This document shows, piece by piece, positions 18,667 through 28,780 of a stretch of 64,000 nt of DNA. Position 1 is the first letter of the stretch, and each line of letters opens with the position of its first letter. Origin of the DNA: Planctomycetota bacterium (GTDB taxonomy: Bacteria > Planctomycetota > UBA1135 > UBA2386). A program made the translations under genes and the position numbers. The notes beneath the pieces are model-generated. The model searched no databases. It saw nothing but the letters and a program-made list of their open reading frames with translations, and was not told the origin of the DNA. The stretch is taken from assembly GCA_046290465.1 (NCBI GenBank), contig JBKAGP010000001.1:6080001-6144000 (forward strand), given 5' to 3'.

Positions 18667-21138
18667 GTGAAGAGGATGCTGATCAACGCCATCGATCCGG
18701 AAGAAAGCCGGATCGCGGTGGTGGAGGACGGTGTGCTGCAGGAGCTGCACGTCGAGCTGGCGAGCCGAGAGGCCTATCTCGGTAACATCTACAAGGGCAA
18801 GGTGGTCAACATCGAGCCCTCCATCGGCGCCGCGTTCGTGGCGTTCGGCGGTCGCGTCAACGGCTTCCTGCACGTCTCGGACGTGCTGCCGGCCTACGGC
18901 CGCGACGACTTCCGCCTCGAGGACGTCATCGAGGGGCGCGCGCGCGTCGACGTCGACGACGGCCCCGAGTCGATGCAGCAGGCGCTGTCCGACGACGATG
19001 ACGAAGACGACGACGAGGCGAACGACGACGGCGGCAAGCCGGCGAAGCGCCCGCGTCGCGGCAAGGCCAAGGTGAAGGCCAAGGGCGATGGTGACGACGG
19101 CGAAGGCGCCGAGGGCCAGGACGCCGATCCCCAGGACGCTGAGTCCCAGGACGCTGAACCCCAGGACGCCCAGCAGGGCGATGCCGACGAGGACGCAGGC
19201 GCGCCGGCGGAGCGGTCGCAGCACGACGGTGACGGCGACGACGCGGCCGACGACCAGCAGGATGCCGACGACGAGCGCGGCGAGGCCGACGACGGCGACG
19301 CCGACGAGCACGACGACGCCGATGCCGACGAGCCGGCGGTGATCGAGCCGGTCGACGCGGTCGAGGTCGCGGACGACGAAGAGGACGCGGACGGAGAGCA
19401 CGCAGACGACGACGAACACCACGGTGGCTTCGGCCTCGGTCTCGACGACGACGAGAAGCCGCTGGCGATGGCTGCGGCCGATCCCGGCGATGCCGACGCG
19501 GATGCGCCCGGCGCGGCCGAGGGCGGCGGGGCGGCGGCCGACGAGGCGCAGTCCGCCGATGGCGGCGACGGCGACCCGGACGGCGAAGGGGCGCCGCGCA
19601 AGAAGCGTTCGCGCCGCTCGCGCTCGCGTTCGCGCCGCAAGGCCTCCGGCGATGACGACACCGGCGCCGACGTGGCGACCGAGAGCGCAGCAGCTGCGGT
19701 GCCGGCGGGTGCGAAGGCCGGCGAGGCCGAAGCCGACGCCGACGGTGACGCGGCGAGCCACGGCGACGACCAGCAGACCGAGGCCCGCAAGGCGCCGCGC
19801 AAGAAGCGTTCGCGCCGCGGCGGCAAGGAGCGCGGCGGCAACGACCGGCGCGCGCCGCGCGGCAACCGACCGACCATCGACCAGCTGCTCAAGAAGGGGC
19901 AGGAGGTCGTGGTGCAGATCACCAAGGAAGGCATCGGCAACAAGGGCCCGACGCTGACGACCTACGTGTCGCTGCCGGGCCGTTCGCTGGTGCTGATGCC
20001 GAGCCTGCCGAAGTGCGGCGTCTCGCGGAAGATCGAGGACGGCAAGGAGCGCCGTCGCCTGAAGCGCATCGTGCGCGAGCTCGACGAGACCGGCAGCGGC
20101 GGCATCGGCTTCATCGTGCGCACCGCGGGCATCAACAAGAGCCTCGAGGACATCCAGCGCGACCGCGACTACCTCAAGAAGATCTGGGAGATGGTCGCCC
20201 AGCGTCTCAAGGTCACCAAGGCGCCGGCGCTGCTCTACCAGGAGTCCGACCTGGTGCTGAAGGCGATGCGCGACCAGTTCACGCCGGACATCGCCGACGT
20301 CGTGACCGACAGCGAAGACGTCTACGTGCGCATCAAGGACTTCGCCGAGAAGCTGATGCCGGTGATGGCCGATCGCATCAAGCAGCACGCCGTGACGACG
20401 CCGCTGTTCCACTCGTTCGGCATCGAGAAGGACGTCGAGGAGCTCTACGAGCCCAAGGTCGACCTGTCGAACGGCGCGTCGATCGTCATCGACCAGGCCG
20501 AGGCGCTGGTCGCGATCGACGTCAACTCCGGCAAGTACAAGGCCGGTGGCCAGGGCAGCGACGAGACCGCCTACCGCACCAACCTGGAGGCGATCCCCGA
20601 GATCGTGCGCCAGCTGCGGCTGCGCGACCTCGGCGGCCTGATCATCATCGACTTCATCGACATGTCGCACGAGAAGCACCGTCGCGGCGTCGAGCGCAAG
20701 ATGATCGACGCGCTGCGCGGCGACCGCGCGCGCATCAAGGTCGGCCGGATCTCGCCGTTCGGCATGATGGAGATCACCCGCCAGCGCGTCGGCCCGGGCC
20801 TCAAGCGCACGGTGTTCATGCAGTGCCCGCACTGCAAGGGCGCCGGCTGGTCTCGCACGGTGCAGTCCAAGGCGCTGTCGGTGTTGCGCGAGGTGCGCGC
20901 GCTGGTGCACCTGAAGGGCTACTCGATGCTGCAGGTGTTCGTCGCGCCGGCGGTCGCCGACTACCTGGTCAACTACAAGCGCCGCGCGGTGCTCGAACTG
21001 GAAGACGCGGTCGGCAAGAGCGTGATGTTCCGTCCGGAGCAGAGCTACCCGATCGACGTCGTGCACTACCGCTTCATGACCGGCGACGGCCAGGAAGCGC
21101 GCATCGCGATCCCGGCTGGGCTCGGCGTCAAGGCCTGA
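18667..21138 (+). CDS. rne: Ribonuclease E/G with a large acidic insertion in the S1 domain
   Basis: GNIYKGKVVNIEPSIGAAFV, GFLHVSD, VQITKEGIGNKGP, IDVNSG, IIDFIDM, CPHC Zn-link; start GTG 18667 or ATG 18676. Confidence 0.93.
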   Translation: MKRMLINAIDPEESRIAVVEDGVLQELHVELASREAYLGNIYKGKVVNIEPSIGAAFVAFGGRVNGFLHVSDVLPAYGRDDFRLEDVIEGRARVDVDDGPESMQQALSDDDDEDDDEANDDGGKPAKRPRRGKAKVKAKGDGDDGEGAEGQDADPQDAESQDAEPQDAQQGDADEDAGAPAERSQHDGDGDDAADDQQDADDERGEADDGDADEHDDADADEPAVIEPVDAVEVADDEEDADGEHADDDEHHGGFGLGLDDDEKPLAMAAADPGDADADAPGAAEGGGAAADEAQSADGGDGDPDGEGAPRKKRSRRSRSRSRRKASGDDDTGADVATESAAAAVPAGAKAGEAEADADGDAASHGDDQQTEARKAPRKKRSRRGGKERGGNDRRAPRGNRPTIDQLLKKGQEVVVQITKEGIGNKGPTLTTYVSLPGRSLVLMPSLPKCGVSRKIEDGKERRRLKRIVRELDETGSGGIGFIVRTAGINKSLEDIQRDRDYLKKIWEMVAQRLKVTKAPALLYQESDLVLKAMRDQFTPDIADVVTDSEDVYVRIKDFAEKLMPVMADRIKQHAVTTPLFHSFGIEKDVEELYEPKVDLSNGASIVIDQAEALVAIDVNSGKYKAGGQGSDETAYRTNLEAIPEIVRQLRLRDLGGLIIIDFIDMSHEKHRRGVERKMIDALRGDRARIKVGRISPFGMMEITRQRVGPGLKRTVFMQCPHCKGAGWSRTVQSKALSVLREVRALVHLKGYSMLQVFVAPAVADYLVNYKRRAVLELEDAVGKSVMFRPEQSYPIDVVHYRFMTGDGQEARIAIPAGLGVKA

Positions 21139-21157
21139 GCCCGGTCGCGGCGGCCGA

Positions 21158-21979
21158 TCAGCGGCCGCCGCCGACCGGGATCCGGACCCTGATGGTGGCG
21201 CTCCGCTGCGCCGCTGCGCGCGCCGAGCCGAGCATCGTGCCCTGCCGTCGGCCGGAGAACGCGATCAGGTCGACGTCGCCGGTCGGGATCCACGCGGGCA
21301 GGCGTTGCCTGCCGGCGACGATCGGGATCGCGACGTCTGCGGGACGGTCCCGCGGCGGCTCGCCCTGCATGTGGCCGATGCCGGCGGGCCAGCCGCTGCC
21401 GATCCGCACCTCGACCCGGTCGACCCGCTGCGCGCCGCCGCCGGCGAGCTCCAGCTCGAGCGCCCGCGCCGCGACCGGCAGCTCGTCGAGGTCCTGGTTG
21501 CGCGCGCCAGCGGCAACCGTGACCGGCTGCGTCGCGAGCACCACGCGGGTCGCCAGATCGACGACGATCATCATGTGGTCGCCGGGTTCGACCGGCGCGA
21601 CGAACCGTCCGTCGGTGCCGATCGTCGCGATCGCCCCGGTCAGGTAGAGGCCGAGGTAGGTGTAGCCCTTCGTGTCGGGGCGCACCGGTTCGAACACGAC
21701 CGCGATGCGCTCGTGTCGCGGCACGGCGAGCGGGAACGTCAGCTCGCCCGACACCTGCCGGGGGCCGTCGCGGTCGAGGTCGAGCTGCAGCTCGATCGCG
21801 CGGCCGGCGTCGGCGTCGCCGGGGGTGACCGCCACCTCCTGCAGCGCGATCTTGCGATAGCCGCCCAGCCGCGGTGGTTGCGGCACCACCAGCGGCAGCT
21901 GGTAGGTGCCGGGCGCGAGGCCGTCCAGCGTGGTCGTCGGCTGCGCGGGGACGCCGCCCGAGGTGTGTAGCGGCCCGGA
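21158..21979 (-). pseudogene. Probable 5'-truncated remnant of a carboxypeptidase-regulatory-like (Ig/beta-sandwich) protein
   Basis: LDGLAPGTYQL and DGRFVAPVEPGDH motifs; the open frame runs up to the upstream gene's TGA with no convincing start or signal peptide. Confidence 0.45.
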
Positions 21980-22663
21980 TCAGCGCGCGGGCCCGAACCA
22001 CGCCTCGACCAGCTCGGCCCAGCCGTCGCTGAAGCCGATCGGGCCGCCGGCCGCGACCCCGGCGGCGATCACGCCGACGCCGATCCAAGTGGCCCGGTGC
22101 ACGCGACCGAGCGTGGCCCGGTCGTGGCGGATGCCGGGCACCCACAGCGCGACGATCAGCACCACGGTGACCGGCTCGGGCAGGGAGACCGCCTGCACGA
22201 TGCGCACCAACGCCGGCGGCATCATCGCGATGCTGGCGTAGAGCATCAGCCGGCCGTGGCTGCCGGGATGCCGCACGCGCGTCAGTGCCGCGGCGTAGAG
22301 CCCGGCGAACTGGGCCAGGTTCAGCAGGTTGAAGAACACCAGCGGCGCGTTCTGCTGGATCCGGTAGTTGGCCGCCGCGACCGCGACGCCGGTCCACAGC
22401 AGCGCGAGCGCGAGCGGCAGGCTGGCGTAGCCGAACCGCCGATGGGTGCGGGTCCGGCGCTGCCCGATCCACCGCGCCTGCTGCACGAATAGCAGATACC
22501 AGAGGCCGATGGTGGCGATGTGCGGCACCAGGACCGCGGCGGCGGGGGCGTCGGCCTCGGCCGCGACCAGGGCCCGGCCGACGAAGCCCGCCAGGATCAG
22601 CGCGACCAGCAGCAGGCCCATGCGAACGGAGAATGTTCTCGCGCACGGTGTTCGGTCGGGCAC
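21980..22663 (-). CDS. Integral membrane protein of unknown function
   Basis: About 6-7 hydrophobic helices; His residues in HRRFG, HGRLM, VHRAT. Confidence 0.75.
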   Translation of the reverse strand: MPDRTPCARTFSVRMGLLLVALILAGFVGRALVAAEADAPAAAVLVPHIATIGLWYLLFVQQARWIGQRRTRTHRRFGYASLPLALALLWTGVAVAAANYRIQQNAPLVFFNLLNLAQFAGLYAAALTRVRHPGSHGRLMLYASIAMMPPALVRIVQAVSLPEPVTVVLIVALWVPGIRHDRATLGRVHRATWIGVGVIAAGVAAGGPIGFSDGWAELVEAWFGPAR

Positions 22664-22732
22664 GGCCGCATCCTAGCTGGTCGGGCGGCGGCAGCCACCG
22701 GGAGTCCGATCCGGCAGCGCCGCAGGTTGGTC

Positions 22733-22760
22733 TTGACTCGGGCGCGGCGGCCGCTACGCT
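22733..22760 (+). promoter_or_regulatory. Putative sigma70 promoter of rplU-rpmA-obgE
   Basis: TTGACT-N16-TACGCT, 30 nt upstream of the rplU start. Confidence 0.6.
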
Positions 22761-22790
22761 GCTCGGCCCTTCCAACCCCGACCCAGCCCA

Positions 22791-23111
22791 ATGTACGCCG
22801 TCCTCGACGATCGCAATCAGCAGTACCGAGTCGCCAAGGGTGACAAGATCAAGATCCACCTGCGCGGCGACGCCAACGAAGGCGACACGCTCACCTTCGA
22901 CAAGGTCTGCGCGGTCGGTGGCGAAGGCGACGCGGCCGGCAAGGTCGGCACCCCGTTCGTCGATGGTGCCAGCGTCACCGCCAAGGTGCTCAAGACCGTC
23001 AAGGGCCCCAAGGTGATCATCGGCAAGTTCCGCCGTCGGAAGAACTTCCGCAAGCGCACGGGCTTCCGCGCGCAGTACACGATGATCCAGATCGAGTCGA
23101 TCAACGGCTGA
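22791..23111 (+). CDS. rplU: 50S ribosomal protein L21
   Basis: MYAV...QYRV...GTPFV...KFRRRKNFRKRTGFR. Confidence 0.96.
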   Translation: MYAVLDDRNQQYRVAKGDKIKIHLRGDANEGDTLTFDKVCAVGGEGDAAGKVGTPFVDGASVTAKVLKTVKGPKVIIGKFRRRKNFRKRTGFRAQYTMIQIESING

Positions 23112-23143
23112 TCCCGCACCGCTAACGCAAGAGGAACCAACCC

Positions 23144-23398
23144 ATGGCACACAAGAAGGGACAGGGCTCGACCCAGAACGGCCGCGACTCGAACCCGCAG
23201 CACCGCGGCATCAAGGCCTACGGCGGCCAGACGGTCACCGCCGGCTCGATCATCGTTCGTCAGTGTGGCACCAAGTTCCACCCCGGCCGCAACGTCCGCC
23301 GCGCCAACGACGACTCGCTGTTCGCGGTCGCCGACGGCGTCGTCCGCTTCCAGGCGAACCGTCGCGTGCACGTCGACGTCGCCGAGAGCAGCAACTGA
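23144..23398 (+). CDS. rpmA: 50S ribosomal protein L27
   Basis: [31 protein letters not shown]. Confidence 0.97.
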   Translation: MAHKKGQGSTQNGRDSNPQHRGIKAYGGQTVTAGSIIVRQCGTKFHPGRNVRRANDDSLFAVADGVVRFQANRRVHVDVAESSN

Positions 23399-23480
23399 TC
23401 CGTTCCGCGGCCGTCCGCGCCTGCTGCGCAGGTGCCGGCCGCCGTGGACGATTCCCGCGCGTCCCGTCGGGTAGACCGCG

Positions 23481-24479
23481 ATGTTCGTCGACGAGCTGAA
23501 GATCACCGTTCGCGCCGGCAAGGGGGGCGACGGCTGCCTGTCGTTCCTGCGCGACAAGAACACCATCAAGGGTGGTCCCGACGGCGGCGACGGTGGCAAC
23601 GGCGGCGACGTCGTGCTGCTGCCGTCGACCCACGTCAACACGCTCTACCACCTAACGGGGCGCGGCGTGTTCGCCGCCGACAACGGCATGCAGGGCGGGC
23701 CCAAGCAGTGCTTCGGCAAGAGCGCGGGTGACCTGACGATCGAGGTGCCGGTCGGCACGCAGGTGCTCGACGCCGAGCGCGGCAACGTGCTGCAGGACCT
23801 CGACATGCCCAACAAGCCGTGGGTGATCGTGCGCGGCGGTTTCGGCGGCCGCGGCAACGTGCACTTCGCCAGTTCGACCAACCGCACGCCGCGCCAGTTC
23901 GAGCGCGGCCGGCAGGGCGAAGAACGCACGATCCGGCTCAGCCTCAAGCTGATCGCCGACGTCGGCCTGCTCGGCCTGCCCAACGCCGGCAAGTCGACGC
24001 TGCTGTCGACGATCACCAAGGCGCGGCCGAAGATCGCCGACTACCCGTTCACGACGCTCGAGCCGATGCTCGGCATCGCCGAGGGCGAGGGCGAGGGCAC
24101 GTTTGTGGTCGCCGACATCCCGGGCCTGATCGAGGGCGCCAGCGAGGGCAAGGGGCTCGGCGACAAGTTCCTCAAGCACATCGAGCGAACGCGGCTGCTG
24201 CTGCACCTGGTCGACTGCAGCGCGGTGCCGCTCGACGAGCCGGAGCACGCCTGGCGCATGCTGCGTGAAGAGGTCGCCAGCTACTCGGCCGAGATGGGCC
24301 GGCGGCCGACGATCGTCGTCGCCACCAAGGTCGAGGACGAGGACTGCCGGCAGCGCGCGCAGGCGCTCGCGACGGCCATCCACAAGCCCGTGCTGCCGAT
24401 CTCGAGCGCGACCGGCCAGGGACTGCGCGAACTGCGTGCGGCCATCTGGTCGATGCTGTCGGAGCTTCCGAGCAGCTGA
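23481..24479 (+). CDS. obgE: GTPase ObgE/CgtA
   Basis: MFVDE, GGPDGGDGG, GLPNAGKST, YPFTTL, DIPGLIEGA. Confidence 0.97.
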   Translation: MFVDELKITVRAGKGGDGCLSFLRDKNTIKGGPDGGDGGNGGDVVLLPSTHVNTLYHLTGRGVFAADNGMQGGPKQCFGKSAGDLTIEVPVGTQVLDAERGNVLQDLDMPNKPWVIVRGGFGGRGNVHFASSTNRTPRQFERGRQGEERTIRLSLKLIADVGLLGLPNAGKSTLLSTITKARPKIADYPFTTLEPMLGIAEGEGEGTFVVADIPGLIEGASEGKGLGDKFLKHIERTRLLLHLVDCSAVPLDEPEHAWRMLREEVASYSAEMGRRPTIVVATKVEDEDCRQRAQALATAIHKPVLPISSATGQGLRELRAAIWSMLSELPSS

Positions 24480-24600
24480 TCCCGCGTTGGGCGCTGGCCC
24501 TTCGGGTGGCCCCGGCCCGTGCCGATAACGGAGGTGGAGGACCATCCACTTGCCGACGCCCAACAACCCTCAGCCGACCACGGCTTCTCCTGCCAGCCGC

Positions 24601-25701
24601 ATGCCCAAGCTGCGCGACTTCCTGCGCATCATGGTCAAGGAGAACGCCTCGGACCTGGTGCTGAAGGCCAACGGTTGCCCCGCGGTGCGGGTCGCCGGTG
24701 TGATCCGCTTCCTCGGCGACCAGCCGCTGCCCGCCGAGCTGGTGCGCAGCTACGTCGCCGAGGTGCTCAACGAACGCCTGCAGCGCGAGTTCGAGGAGCA
24801 CGGTGCGACCGACACCGCGGTGGCGCTGCCCGGCGTCGGCCGCTTCCGCTGCAACGCCTTCCACCAGTGTGGCGAGCAGGGGTTGGTGTTCCGCGCGATC
24901 AAGAACGAGATCCCGTCGTTCAAGGAGCTCAACCTGCCGGTCGAGCCGCTCAAGCGACTGGCGTCGCTGAAGCGCGGCCTCGTGCTCGCGACCGGCATCG
25001 CCGGCTCCGGCAAGTCGACGACGCTCGCGTCGATGCTCGAGTACGTCAACCGCACGATGAACAAGCACATCATCACGGTGGAGGACCCGGTCGAGTTCCG
25101 CTTCGAGGACAAGCGCTCGATCGTCAACCAACGTGAGATCGGCACCGACGTCTCGACGTTCCCGCAGGCGCTGCGCCAGGCGGTGCGTCAGTCGCCGGAC
25201 GTCATCCTGATCGGGGAGATGCGCGACGCCGACACCGTCTCGGCCGCGATCTCGGCGGCCGAGACCGGCCACCTGGTGTTCTCGACGCTGCACACGGTCA
25301 ACGCCGTGCAGACCGTCGAGCGCATCATCACGTTCTTCCCGCCGCACCAGCACGAACTGGTCCGCCTGCAGCTGGCGCTCAACCTCGCCGGCGTCTGCTC
25401 GCTGCGCCTGGTCAAGAACAAGGACGGCACGTCGATGGTTCCGGCCGTCGAGCTGCTGATCAACACGCCGACCGTGCGCGAGCACCTCGAGGCGGGCTCG
25501 ACGCGCATGCTGCCGAAGGCGCTGGCCGAGGGCAGCTACTACGGCACGATGACGTTCAACCAGTCGCTGATCCGCCTGTTCCAGGCCGGCAACATCAGCC
25601 TCGAGGACGCGCTCGCCGCGTCCGACAACCCGGACGACCTGAAGATGCAGATGCGCGGCATCACCCAGGGCGCCGGGCCGCGACCGGTCAGCATGCAGTA
25701 G
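24601..25701 (+). CDS. PilT/PilU family retraction ATPase
   Basis: Walker A GIAGSGKST, EDPVE, QSPDVILIGEMRD, TGHLVFSTLHT; alternative TTG start at 24550. Confidence 0.92.
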   Translation: MPKLRDFLRIMVKENASDLVLKANGCPAVRVAGVIRFLGDQPLPAELVRSYVAEVLNERLQREFEEHGATDTAVALPGVGRFRCNAFHQCGEQGLVFRAIKNEIPSFKELNLPVEPLKRLASLKRGLVLATGIAGSGKSTTLASMLEYVNRTMNKHIITVEDPVEFRFEDKRSIVNQREIGTDVSTFPQALRQAVRQSPDVILIGEMRDADTVSAAISAAETGHLVFSTLHTVNAVQTVERIITFFPPHQHELVRLQLALNLAGVCSLRLVKNKDGTSMVPAVELLINTPTVREHLEAGSTRMLPKALAEGSYYGTMTFNQSLIRLFQAGNISLEDALAASDNPDDLKMQMRGITQGAGPRPVSMQ

Positions 25702-25775
25702 CGCCCGCCAGATCTGTCCGGCCGATCGGGAAAAAACCCGGCCGTGGACCTCGCTGCGTGCGTCTACTGGTCGGT

Positions 25776-26756
25776 GTGACCCAGGAGCAGAGGAAGCAGG
25801 ACGGCGCGCCCCCGGCGCGCCAGACCGGAACGGATGTCGGCGGGGGGGCGCCCACGCGCGCGGCGGGCGGCTCGGGCGACCGGCAGGCTTCGGCCCAGGA
25901 TGGCCGTCCGGCCCCGGCGGCCGCCTCCGGAGAGGTCGGCAAGCTGTTGCCGCTGATCGATCGGTTCCTGGCCGAGCGAACGGTCGCGTCGCGCAGCCGG
26001 TCGGAAGTCGGCCGCCGCCAGACGCTCGCCGAGGTCGAACTGCACCTGTCGCGCCGCCTCGGCCAGATCCTGCGCGAGACCGTTCGGCCGGGTCGGCCCC
26101 GCGAGGGCGAGGAGGCGACCGCCGGCCGGTTGCCGCCGGGCATCAGCAAGGACCGTTCGTCGAAGCTGCAGCGCCTGGCCGACATCGATCGCGAGACCTT
26201 CGTGCGCTACCTGGAGCGCTGCGAGGTCGACGAGAAGCCGGCGTCGCTGCAGGGGGCGCTGCGGTTCGCGCGGGCCGCCGCGGCGGCGCGATCGGAGGCG
26301 GAACCGCTCGAACCGCAGCGCCGCAGCCGCCCGGTCGCGGAGCTTCGCCGCGATATGGTCGACGCCATCGACCGTTTCATGCCGGTCGATCTTTTGGTAG
26401 GCGATCCGGTGCCGGGGATCGACGCCGCGCGCCGCGTTCCGGCGGGACCGGCGTCGTTCGAGGCGTTCGGCGGCAACGTGCTGGTCAGCGCCTGCGTCGA
26501 TCCGGCGAGCTCGCTGGTGCGCATCGCGCAGCTCTGGCGGCGCGCGGTCATGTTGCAGTGCATCGTTGTGGTTGCTGCAGATACGGGCGCGACCTGGTTT
26601 CGCGACCTGGCGCAGGACGACTGGCTGTGCTGCTTCCCGACCGGCAGCACGACGTGCCTGCTGTACCAGGGCAAGCGCCGGCACGGTTTCTGGACGGCGC
26701 ACCAGTCGATCGGTGCGGTGTTCGAAGCGCCGTCGTCGGCGCGCCGGCTCGGGTGA
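25776..26756 (+). CDS. Hypothetical protein; degenerate phage-type N6-adenine methyltransferase-like
   Basis: N-terminal RRLGQIL...GRP...GISKDRSSKLQRLA block; C-terminal pattern resembling phage Dam but with no NPPY motif (judged by eye). Confidence 0.5.
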   Translation: MTQEQRKQDGAPPARQTGTDVGGGAPTRAAGGSGDRQASAQDGRPAPAAASGEVGKLLPLIDRFLAERTVASRSRSEVGRRQTLAEVELHLSRRLGQILRETVRPGRPREGEEATAGRLPPGISKDRSSKLQRLADIDRETFVRYLERCEVDEKPASLQGALRFARAAAAARSEAEPLEPQRRSRPVAELRRDMVDAIDRFMPVDLLVGDPVPGIDAARRVPAGPASFEAFGGNVLVSACVDPASSLVRIAQLWRRAVMLQCIVVVAADTGATWFRDLAQDDWLCCFPTGSTTCLLYQGKRRHGFWTAHQSIGAVFEAPSSARRLG

Positions 26757-26876
26757 CGTTCGATTGACGAACCAGGTGGTTGGGCTAGGGTCGCGGAGGA
26801 GGCGGCCGAGGAGCCGCCCGACCCGTCTCGAGCGCGCAGCGAGCCGTTGCGCGCACTCACCTGGAGGAAGAACCCC

Positions 26877-28683
26877 ATGCAAGCCCCCCCATGGCTGCCG
26901 GCTACCGGTATGCCTTCTCCGATGGATCCTGCCCGCTGCGCTGATCGCGCCGCTGGCCGCCCAGAACACCGTCAACGCGGGTCTGCAGGCGGACATCAGC
27001 GCCACCACCGCGGGTGGTTGGCTGTGGCCCGCGGCCGACCCGGGCGACCCGTTCCCGACCGTGCCGACCACCTACCAGCGCGAACGCGTCGAGCTGGGCA
27101 AGGCGCTGTTCTGGGACGAGCAGGTCTCGACCAGCAACACGATGGCGTGCGGCACCTGCCACATCCCCGAAGCCGGCGGGGTCGATCCGCGCCGCGCCGG
27201 TAGGACGTTCAACGGCCTCGGCCAGCCGATCCTCGGTTCGTTCGGCGTCGTGCCGCAGTCGCAGCCCGGCGGCCTCGGCGCGCCGATCACCTACGGCTTC
27301 ACCGCGCCGCCGTCGACGCAGGAGACGCGCGGGGTCACGCCGATCCACGTGCCGACGATGATCGGTGCCTACATGTTCCGCAACCAGTTCTGGGGATCGA
27401 CGGCGGGCCCGACGTTCCTGGACAGCGGTGGTGCGGTGCTGTTCCCCGACTGGTCCTCGCTCGAGAACCAGGCGGTGAACCCGCCGCTCTCGGACATCGA
27501 GATGGGCCACCAGAACGTGGCGTGGGCCACCGGCGTGATCGAGCGCAAGCTCAACCACGAGCAGGTGCTCGGCGTCGCCGTGGCCGGCAGCATCCCGCCG
27601 AGCATCCCGCCGGCGTGGTTGTCGATGCCGTACGAGAAGGTCTTCGACATCGTGTTCGCGGCGTCGGCGATCCCGTCGATCGCGGCCCCGCAGGGCGTGA
27701 CGCGCGAGCGCTTCGCGATGGCGCTGGCGAGCTACATGCGCACGCTGGTCCCGGACCGGGCGCCGATCGACAAGGGCACGATGACCAACCAGGAAGTGCT
27801 CGGCTTCAAGGTGTTCATCGGCAGCGGTTGTGCCGTCTGCCACTCGGTCAGCGGCGCTCCCAACCTGGTGGCGCCCGGCGGCATCCTCGCCGACCCGTGG
27901 GACAACCCGTTCTCGGACGGCCTGCCGCACAACATCTTCTTCACCGATCCGTCGCGAGACATCGGTCCGGTCAAGACGCCGACGCTGCGCAACGTCGGCC
28001 TGCGCAGCCGGTTCTTCCACGACGGTCGCGGTCGCGTGATCGCCGGCGTCGCCAACAACACGCTGGCCGACATCGTCGACTTCTACGACCTCGACCAGGA
28101 TCCCGCGGCTGGCGGCCCCGGTGGTCCGTTCGAGCTGCGCAGCGTGACGACGCCGTCGGCGACGCTGACGGCCGCCGAGCGCGCCGCGGTGATCGCGTTC
28201 CTCGGCAACGCGCTGACCGATCCGCGGGTCGCCGCTGCGACGCCGCCGTTCGATCGTCCGAAGCTGTTCTCCGAGTCGATCCCGTTCGACTCGAACCTGA
28301 CCAACCCGTCGACGCCGGGTGCCGCCTGGCGTCCGAAGATGATCGCCGACGTGCCGCCGCTGGTGGAGAAGGTCGGTGGGCCGAACTGGTGGAAGATCGG
28401 CGTCGGCAGCGCCGGCGCCGGCCTCGGCGGGCCGATCATCCCGCCGGGTAGCTCGGCGGTGCTGTGGCTCGGCGCGACCGACACGGCGGCCGGACCGTTC
28501 TGGCTGACCGGCGCGTCGATGCTGGCCAGCCTCGGCACGACGGCGCAGGGCTTCGCGACCGCGAACGTCCCGATCGTGCTGACGCCGTCGATGATCGGCA
28601 CCACCGGCTTCCTGCAGTGGACGGTGGTCGACCCGATGGGCAACATCGGCTACTCGGAGTCGGCGAGCTTCACGCCGTTCTAG
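26877..28683 (+). CDS. Secreted di-heme cytochrome c peroxidase/MauG-family protein; start out of frame by one base at a C7 tract
   Basis: ELGKALFWD, CGTCH, CAVCH, KTPTLRNV, FFHDG; GGAGG-N9-ATG at 26877 joins the frame only if the C7 at 26884-26890 were C6. Confidence 0.85.
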
Positions 28684-28780
28684 GTGCAGCTCGTCGCTGC
28701 GGCGCGGTGATGCGAACGCATCGCCCCGTCGCAGCGATACGTAGCCGCGGCCGCGTCGCGCTGGTAACGTCGCGCGACGC

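Noticed and set aside
21980..21982. Selenocysteine read-through at the in-frame TGA
   Set aside because: No redox motif context and no convincing SECIS hairpin; the membrane protein looks complete at this stop.
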